Part shown: positions 57,439-64,000 of the stretch, in pieces
How the letters are laid out: each line of letters begins with the position of its first letter
Numbering within the stretch: position 1 is the first letter of the stretch
Assembly: GCA_965242865.1 (NCBI GenBank)
Contig: CBDETK010000013.1
Span: 1,024,001-1,088,000, forward strand
Direction of reading: 5' to 3'
DNA length: 64,000 nt
Origin: Candidatus Latescibacterota bacterium
GTDB lineage: Bacteria; Latescibacterota; UBA2968; UBA8231
The notes under the pieces: model-generated
What the model was told of the DNA's origin: nothing
What the model saw: the letters and a program-made list of their open reading frames with translations, nothing else
Databases searched by the model: none
Made by a program: the position numbers and the translations under genes

Positions 57439-58361
57439 ACGACGCCCTCTCTCCCCTGCACTTGCCGCTCGGCCTCGGCCAGCGCATCGACGAGCACGTG
57501 CAACCGCGGCAAGTCCTCGTCCGCCACCTCCTCGGCAAAAGGGATCACCGGCCCGCCCGCCAGCCCGACCCGATCCATCGCTGCGTGCAGCGCCGAGCCG
57601 CTATACCGCGCCAGCCGCTCCCCGCGCAGATCCTCAAAGGGCACCATCTGCCGCTGAATCTCCTCCGCGCCCGCACGGTCGCCCGCCGCAAAATGCGCTA
57701 GCAGCGCCCGGCTCATACCGGGGACGAAGTTGGCCATCCCCGAGCTAAACCCCACCGCGCCAGCCGCCATATAGTCGATACAAGGCTCTTCGGCCATGCC
57801 GCAGACCATGGCTGCGTCCGCCCCAGCGCCCGCGACGATCTGCCGGAATGCCGCTAGGTCATCTACGGCGTATTTAAGCCCCACCACTTCGTCGAGCCGA
57901 CACAGGGCCACGGTTTGCTCGACCGGCATAATGTCCAGCCGGCGCTGGTACAGTATCGTGGGCAACTGAGTTTTCTCGGCCAACTCGCGCAGGCCCACGG
58001 CCACACCGCCGGCCGAGGCTGGCCCGACGATGGGCATGATCATCACCCCGGCCACGCCTACGGAGCGGGCGATCCGCCCCATTTCCAGCGCCCGGCCATA
58101 GCCCGGGCCGATCCCCGGCACCACCAACGCCTCCCCGGCCGCCGCTTCCACAAAGGCCCCAACAACGGCCTCGTACTCGTCTAAGGCCATGTCGTACACC
58201 AGCCCCGTGCCGCACGCCGGCATGATAAAGTCAACGCCCCGTTCACAGAGAAAGCGCACATTGCGGCCAATCCCCGCCCGGTCGATGCCCCGTTGGCGGT
58301 CGCGGGGCGTGATCGCGACGACCAACACATTGTGGCAATGTTCTTTTTTTAATGTTCTCAT
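57435..58361 (-). CDS. DapA-family dehydratase (5-dehydro-4-deoxyglucarate dehydratase-like)
   Basis: CGTG, ILYQR, VVGLKYA and GFSSGMANF motifs. Confidence 0.85.
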   Translation of the reverse strand: MRTLKKEHCHNVLVVAITPRDRQRGIDRAGIGRNVRFLCERGVDFIMPACGTGLVYDMALDEYEAVVGAFVEAAAGEALVVPGIGPGYGRALEMGRIARSVGVAGVMIMPIVGPASAGGVAVGLRELAEKTQLPTILYQRRLDIMPVEQTVALCRLDEVVGLKYAVDDLAAFRQIVAGAGADAAMVCGMAEEPCIDYMAAGAVGFSSGMANFVPGMSRALLAHFAAGDRAGAEEIQRQMVPFEDLRGERLARYSGSALHAAMDRVGLAGGPVIPFAEEVADEDLPRLHVLVDALAEAERQVQGREGVV

Positions 58362-58370
58362 ATCGCGCTC

Positions 58371-58742
58371 CTAAGCCCAGACGGTTTTGGTCGAGGTGGT
58401 GGCGTGTTGGTTGTAGTGTTCCCGATAGTCCTCGCGCGGCGGGCTGAAGATGTCGAGGATTTTGGCCGGCCCTTGTTCAACTTTTCCCCAGTGGACCACG
58501 TTGGGCGGAATCAAAAAGGCGTCGCCCGGGCCGGTGACCCGCTCCTCGGCCCCAATGCGAAAGCGGAACCGCCCGGCCAGCACCAAGCCCGCTTGCTCGT
58601 GCGGGTGGCTGTGTTCGGGCACTTCGCAGCCTTCGGCCATATCCAAAAACGAGAGCATCAGCCGCTCGCCCGCCACCAAGCCGCTCTTGATTTGGGGAAA
58701 AAGCTCCACAACCGCAAGTTCTGCGGGATCGATAAAGGGCAT
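58371..58742 (-). CDS. Cupin domain protein
   Basis: PEHSHPHEQ...IPPNVVH...DIFSPPREDY. Confidence 0.92.
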   Translation of the reverse strand: MPFIDPAELAVVELFPQIKSGLVAGERLMLSFLDMAEGCEVPEHSHPHEQAGLVLAGRFRFRIGAEERVTGPGDAFLIPPNVVHWGKVEQGPAKILDIFSPPREDYREHYNQHATTSTKTVWA

Positions 58743-58759
58743 CGTCTCCTCCTATTCTC

Positions 58760-60091
58760 TTATTCGACAAAGCTCCGCAACCAAGCATCGCCGCGATAGC
58801 GCGGCCACAGCGTGATAAAGCGACCGACCATGAGGCCGCTGTAGGCCATCCAAGCACCGGCCAATTCCCAATCCAACCAGTATATAAAAACCAACGCCGC
58901 CGGCACAAACACCCCCAAGGTCGCCAGCGCCATCGCCTTGAACAGATACCCCATATCGCTCGCGCCGATAAAAATTCCGTCAAACACAAAGACTACCGCG
59001 TTCAACGGCTGGATCAGCCCGATGAGCACGTAGAGCGCGCCGACCTGTTCGACCACGTCCCGATGCGGGGTAAACAGCGCGGCAATCGGCTCCAATGCCG
59101 CCAAGTAAGCCAAGCCAAACCCCGCCCCGAGCCCCAAGCCCCAGCCTAGGATCCGCCGCGCAAACTCCCGGGCCTCGGCAAAAAGGCGGCCCCCGACACA
59201 GCGGCCAACCAGCGTCTCGGCCGCGTGGGCAAACCCGTCCACGGCAAAACTGGTCAGCCCCCAGATCTGCAAAATCACCGCGTTGGCGGCCAGCGGCGCT
59301 TCGCCCATCCGCGAGACCATGCCGAGCGTAACAAAACCGGCAAATTGCAGGCAGAGGGTGCGGCCAAAGAGGAAAGCATTGGTCTGCAACAAGCGCTTCA
59401 TCGCAGCCAAGTCCCAAAGCCTCGTCGGCCACGCCCGCAGATAGACTCGGTAGCGGCGGACCAACAAAAACCCCCCGGTGGCCAGCGCGGCCCCATTGCC
59501 CAGCACCGAAGCCCAAGCCGCCCCTTCGACGCCCAGCTCGGGCGCACCCCACTTGCCGTAGATAAGCGCGTAGTCCGCGCCGATATTGACCGCGTTGGCC
59601 ACGGTCGTAACCCACAGGGGCGCGATGGCGTTGGCGGTGCCGAGGAAAAAGCCGTTGAGCGTCATAACGCTCAGCGCGAGGGGGGCTTCCCACACCCGGA
59701 TGGCAAAGTAGCGCATTCCCCAGTGCTGGACTTGGGGCGACCCACCGGCCAACTCAAACCCAATCCGGCTGATCCAGCCGCCCGCCGCGGCGATTGCGAG
59801 GCCGAGGCCGACGGCCACGATGAGCGAGCGGTAGAGCACCTCCGCGCCCCGGCGTCGATCGCCGGCCCCGCTGTATTGGGCCACCAAGGCCGTGGTCCCC
59901 ATCCGCAGAAAGGCCAAGCACCAGAATAGGGCGTTGAAGATCAAGCTCGCCGTAGAGACCGCGCCCATAAAGGCCACTTCCGGCAAATGGCCGATCAGCG
60001 CGGTGTCGGCAATGCCGATCAGGGGCGTGGATAGGGCCGCGAGGATATTGGGGATGGCGAGGCGGAGGATCCGGCGGTCGAGAGCCTTCAA
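58760..60091 (-). CDS. MATE efflux transporter (DinF-like)
   Basis: LAIPNI...PLIGIADTA, FLRMGTT and DGFAHAAE motifs. Confidence 0.93.
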   Translation of the reverse strand: MKALDRRILRLAIPNILAALSTPLIGIADTALIGHLPEVAFMGAVSTASLIFNALFWCLAFLRMGTTALVAQYSGAGDRRRGAEVLYRSLIVAVGLGLAIAAAGGWISRIGFELAGGSPQVQHWGMRYFAIRVWEAPLALSVMTLNGFFLGTANAIAPLWVTTVANAVNIGADYALIYGKWGAPELGVEGAAWASVLGNGAALATGGFLLVRRYRVYLRAWPTRLWDLAAMKRLLQTNAFLFGRTLCLQFAGFVTLGMVSRMGEAPLAANAVILQIWGLTSFAVDGFAHAAETLVGRCVGGRLFAEAREFARRILGWGLGLGAGFGLAYLAALEPIAALFTPHRDVVEQVGALYVLIGLIQPLNAVVFVFDGIFIGASDMGYLFKAMALATLGVFVPAALVFIYWLDWELAGAWMAYSGLMVGRFITLWPRYRGDAWLRSFVE

Positions 60092-60426
60092 TCCTCGGCC
60101 TCGGGACGCCAGCCAAATCGGTTCAGGTCAATGCGGTGCGCCGTAAAGACCACGCCCTCGCCGGCCAAGAGCGCGTATTGCAGCAGATGATTGTGGCCGC
60201 TGCGCGGCGAGACCTTGCCTTGGGCGTTGATGATGCGGTGCCAAGGCAGGTCCCAGTCCTCGGGCATCCCGGAGAGCGCGAAACCGACTTGCCGCGCCCG
60301 CCCCGGATAACCGGCTAGAGCCGCGACCTGCCCGTAGGTGGCCACCTTGCCGTAGGGTACGCAGGCAATGGTCTCGTAAAACGCCCGGCGCATCAGGCTC
60401 TCAGCCGTTGGACGCTGCGGCCTCAT
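60088..60426 (-). CDS. Alkyltransferase-like (ATL/MGMT family) protein
   Basis: PYGKVATYGQVA...ARQVG...LPWHRII (W in place of the catalytic C). Confidence 0.92.
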   Translation of the reverse strand: MRPQRPTAESLMRRAFYETIACVPYGKVATYGQVAALAGYPGRARQVGFALSGMPEDWDLPWHRIINAQGKVSPRSGHNHLLQYALLAGEGVVFTAHRIDLNRFGWRPEAED

Positions 60427-60625
60427 CGCGCCCTTCCAAAAAGTCGAGGGCCTTCACGTAGCTGCGCTTGGCCAAGAAGTGGCGCACCTCCGCCGGGATT
60501 TCTTGGCCCAGTGCTTGGCCGAGCTCGTCGAGCCGCTGCAGGTGCGCGGCAATCGCTGCGCCCTCGCGGTTGTCAATGGCCGCGAGCAGCGCGTGCAGGG
60601 TGGCGTGCAACTGGTCCAGTGCCAT
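60401..60625 (-). CDS. Small helical hypothetical protein
   Basis: In operon with the ATL gene; HFLAKRSYVKALDFL motif. Confidence 0.7.
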   Translation of the reverse strand: MALDQLHATLHALLAAIDNREGAAIAAHLQRLDELGQALGQEIPAEVRHFLAKRSYVKALDFLEGRDEAAASNG

Positions 60626-60961
60626 AGCTCAAGCCGCCATGATTAGGGTTGTCAGGGGCAAATTGCCCTCGTAGAAATTGAGTTGTTCGGAGGTGAGACC
60701 GCGCATGAGAATCCTTTTGCTAGGGATGATTGGGACTTGCCTAATGTACGATTTTGTAGATGGGGGCAACAAGTTCGGGCCTGCCTTGATAGACTTCGAT
60801 GATTCTACCTATTTTTGCGTTTACATTACCGAGACGAGGCTCAGGCGAGTTGATAGATTGCCTGTTGGCCGCTAAACTAAGCACCGCTGGAGTAAGCTAG
60901 CGACGCTGCATCTCTCTAATCACAAGGAAACGTAACACCGCCCAACGCAAAAGGGACAACC

Positions 60962-63646
60962 GTGAAATTCACTGACGAGCAACGCGATCACATTGCAAAG
61001 ATCGGAGCCTTTCTTCTTAAAGCCTTACACGAGATCGCCCAATGGGCCGATGGCCAGTTAAAACGCGAACAACGAGTGGACAGATCGTCGAACGAAACTA
61101 CCCAGTTATCTATCTGGGCAACCTCGGCCGAGGTCCGCCGAGGAGAAGAATTGCTTCGTCGAGAACCAGCAATCGCGCGGGTCGTGGTTCAGTGGGATCA
61201 ACCAAACCAGAACAAAGAAACGTTTCTCTTTTGCCGAGGAGTATCCGCGGGAGCACCAAAGGTCGATGGGGTCTTTTTAGTATCCGCCAGAGCACCCTTC
61301 GGGCGGCTCGCCGCACACGAGCCCGGCGATATGGTCACAGTACAAATTCACGGCAAGGAACGTACGGGCAAGATCATAGATCGGCAAAAATGGTTTCCGA
61401 TCCACCTCGATGACTGGGATGCAAAGGACTGCGAGTATGAGGTAGAAGCATGGCAAGAGATAGTCACCTCGGTCCGGGACTTTGTCGAGGTCAAGAATGT
61501 GCAGCAACCTACTAGAGAGAGACCGCTGGACACCATCTATGTTTTAGCAGAGGAACAAGAGAAAGTACATAGAGAGAGACTCCGAAGGGCGATTAGCCGG
61601 ATCGAGCTACGGGACCAGCCTATTCTAGACAAGCATCAGGACGAGATATTCCGAATGCCCTTGAATCACCGTATCCTGCTGCTCGGGCCTCCCGGGACCG
61701 GCAAGACCACCACACTCATCAAGCGTATAGCACAGAAGCAAACCCTATCAGAGCTCCCCGAAGACGAGGCCCACCTTGTGCAATCAGCAAATCTCGACGA
61801 GAAGTGGGCCATGTGGGCCATGTATTCGCCTACCGAACTGCTCACGCTTTATCTAAGGGAGGCCTTCAACCGAGAAGACGTACCAGTCACGGGTCAGCTC
61901 AAAACATGGCAACGTGAGCGTCGAGATCTTGCCAGAAACGTAATACCGATACTGAAGAAGGAATCGGGGAGCCGGGGGGGTCGTTTCCGCGAGGACGAAG
62001 ACGCCACAAGACCGATACTTCAAAGCCTGACGAGTCCATCAATTTCGACTCTGCACGACAAATTCGCAGAGTTCCACTTAGCACGGGAAATCAATCGTTG
62101 CAGAGACGCCATTCGCATCATCAGGCTATCGGAGGAGACGGAGAGTCAGAAGCTATCAGATTTCCTACAAAATCACCTACGCATCGAAGAAATCCCCTTG
62201 TATGTCGTCTTCCAACGACTGTGTCCGTCGCCAGATCTACTGAGGACAGTTGAACAGCGAATCCGAGCAGAAGTAAAGGAGTGGACCGATCGAGAGGTGA
62301 ACCGAATCCTACAGGTCAATCAAGAGGAGCTGTTGGAGCAACTGCGTCGTTTTATCGTTATCGCCGAGGGCGACCCATTAGAGGAAGACTCTGACGACGA
62401 TGACGATACCGATGACGAATTGCAGGTGTCCCCATCTTCTCCAGCCGAACCGCCGGCTATACTCAACATGCGTGCTGTCAATCTCCTTATTAGTACGCTG
62501 AGGACTTACGCCGTAAGTGTAGCCCGCAGTGAGCCACTACGAAAACGTGCCCGAGAGATCACGGCAATCATAGAGGAACTGTTACCCCCATCGGACACTG
62601 CATCCAAGATAGGTCGGCGGATTCTGCTACAGCGTGCGCTCAGGGTACTCATTAATGCCCCCCAGCGCTGGGTGCGCGACGTGGCTGCATCCTACTCGCA
62701 ATTTCGCAGGAAGCACCCAGAGCTGTACTTAACTGATACTGCGGATCGTGGCGATTCGATCTCGGGCGATGAGTTGGACATGCTGATTCTCCTCTCCCTG
62801 CGCAACGCGAGGATAATCCAGATGGGCCTAAGAGGTAGTCAACAACTTGGTTGGTTGTCGAGAATCACGGAGTCCTATGTCCCTCAAGTCTATGTAGATG
62901 AGGCGACAGACTTCTCGGCAGTGCAGTTGGCAGTCCTAATGGAACTCTCTCACCCTAGCCTACGATCTTGGTTCGCATGTGGAGACTTCCGGCAGCGCAT
63001 TACACTCACTGGTATCCAGTCGGAGTCCGAGCTTCGCTGGATCGAGAAGACCTGTGGACTCGAATCCAAAATAGAACTCAAGCATATAGAAATTCCTTAT
63101 CGGCAAAGCAAGCGCATGCAAGAATTCTCAGAGGCGATCAATCCAGATCTCCCCATCCTACAGGATGGGACGCAATCGGCCCATCAAGATGATCCCCCAC
63201 CACTTCTCTTGGAAAGCACCGATCGAGCTATGACGGCCTCTTGGCTTGCACAGCGAGTTGCCGAGATTGAAAAGGCACTTAGAAGCCTGCCTTCTATCGC
63301 CGTGTTAGTCAACGGAGACGATAAGATCAAACCTACGGTTGAAGCAGCAACAGAGCCGTTCCGAGACTATAATATAAAGATCGTTGGATGCCCTGAAGGA
63401 CGGATCGTCGGTTCCGGTCAGGAGATCCGGGTGTTTGACGTAAAGTACATCAAGGGGCTAGAGTTTGAGGCTGTATTTTTTATTGACCTAGACGAATTCG
63501 CCAATGTTGAGCCCGCCTTGTTCCACAGGTTCTTCTACGTCGGTGCCACAAGGGCCGCGACATATTTAGGTATCACCTGCCAAAACAAGCTACCGGACCG
63601 GCTCGCACCCGCGAGGTCCCTATTCTCTGAAGGTGGCTGGTCTTAG
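60962..63646 (+). CDS. HelD-like/UvrD superfamily 1 helicase-ATPase
   Basis: GPPGTGKTT, VDEATD, GDFRQ, YRQS, KGLEFEAV and YVGATRA motifs; GreA/B-C-like segment SARAPFGR...PGDMV near the N-terminus. Confidence 0.88.
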   Translation: MKFTDEQRDHIAKIGAFLLKALHEIAQWADGQLKREQRVDRSSNETTQLSIWATSAEVRRGEELLRREPAIARVVVQWDQPNQNKETFLFCRGVSAGAPKVDGVFLVSARAPFGRLAAHEPGDMVTVQIHGKERTGKIIDRQKWFPIHLDDWDAKDCEYEVEAWQEIVTSVRDFVEVKNVQQPTRERPLDTIYVLAEEQEKVHRERLRRAISRIELRDQPILDKHQDEIFRMPLNHRILLLGPPGTGKTTTLIKRIAQKQTLSELPEDEAHLVQSANLDEKWAMWAMYSPTELLTLYLREAFNREDVPVTGQLKTWQRERRDLARNVIPILKKESGSRGGRFREDEDATRPILQSLTSPSISTLHDKFAEFHLAREINRCRDAIRIIRLSEETESQKLSDFLQNHLRIEEIPLYVVFQRLCPSPDLLRTVEQRIRAEVKEWTDREVNRILQVNQEELLEQLRRFIVIAEGDPLEEDSDDDDDTDDELQVSPSSPAEPPAILNMRAVNLLISTLRTYAVSVARSEPLRKRAREITAIIEELLPPSDTASKIGRRILLQRALRVLINAPQRWVRDVAASYSQFRRKHPELYLTDTADRGDSISGDELDMLILLSLRNARIIQMGLRGSQQLGWLSRITESYVPQVYVDEATDFSAVQLAVLMELSHPSLRSWFACGDFRQRITLTGIQSESELRWIEKTCGLESKIELKHIEIPYRQSKRMQEFSEAINPDLPILQDGTQSAHQDDPPPLLLESTDRAMTASWLAQRVAEIEKALRSLPSIAVLVNGDDKIKPTVEAATEPFRDYNIKIVGCPEGRIVGSGQEIRVFDVKYIKGLEFEAVFFIDLDEFANVEPALFHRFFYVGATRAATYLGITCQNKLPDRLAPARSLFSEGGWS

Positions 63647-64000
63647 CGGTGCATCATGTCGATGGAACTTGCAAGCGCGGCCCGTGCTTGACGGAGCCGG
63701 GCACTAAAAAGAGCCGCTGAACTATTGAGAAGTATCTTCCGTTCGCCGCTCTCAGCAGGGGCGCGGTGCATCCCCCGTGAACATATCTGGGTTCTGCCAA
63801 AGCTCGCTTGACGAGCGCGGAGGCCCCCGTGGTTAGATCGGGGAATGTGGATTCAATCAGCACCGCCCCACACCCGCCGGGCCGATGCCCCGCCCCTGCC
63901 TCTCATGGCGATATGCGAGGGCCATCCCCTAACCCACCTCTCTCTACTGATTAAGCCGCCATGATCAGGTAGGAAAGCCACTCGGCGTGTGGGTTGCGAA

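Noticed and set aside
63654-64000. Short ORFs after the helicase
   Set aside because: No motifs or SD; the context is cut by the window edge.

Overview
GC-rich bacterial chromosomal window. The mix of FG-GAP/CRTAC1, LRR and ankyrin lipoproteins, a giant Ig-repeat autotransporter, PhyH and Gfo/Idh/MocA enzymes and a 'SWGAIK' C-terminal motif suggests an FCB-type (Latescibacterota/Gemmatimonadota-like), probably host-associated organism; this assignment is inference only. Core genes: argG, mdh, an RpoD-family sigma factor, tRNA-Tyr, hemW, lepA, rpsT, a cysM-mec-cysO-cysK cluster, aspS, phoH/HD-7TM/ybeY/CNNM, tRNA-fMet and lnt. Accessory content: two copies of a TnpA-less IS200/IS605 (IS1341-type) tnpB element, a C5-methyltransferase plus GIY-YIG pair, an orphan MotA/TolQ plus ExbD-like cluster, a patchwork of secreted-protein modules at 21-25 kb, a 2191-aa autotransporter, a solitary HNH gene and a HelD-like SF1 helicase. 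The most striking observation concerns the IS. It inserts 3' of TCAT, which reads ATGA (the start/stop overlap) on the host coding strand. Its right end supplies a TAA stop to the interrupted gene, and its left end places a GGAGG/GGAAGG Shine-Dalgarno-like sequence 6 nt before the ATG. Both empty sites can be reconstructed exactly from this window.
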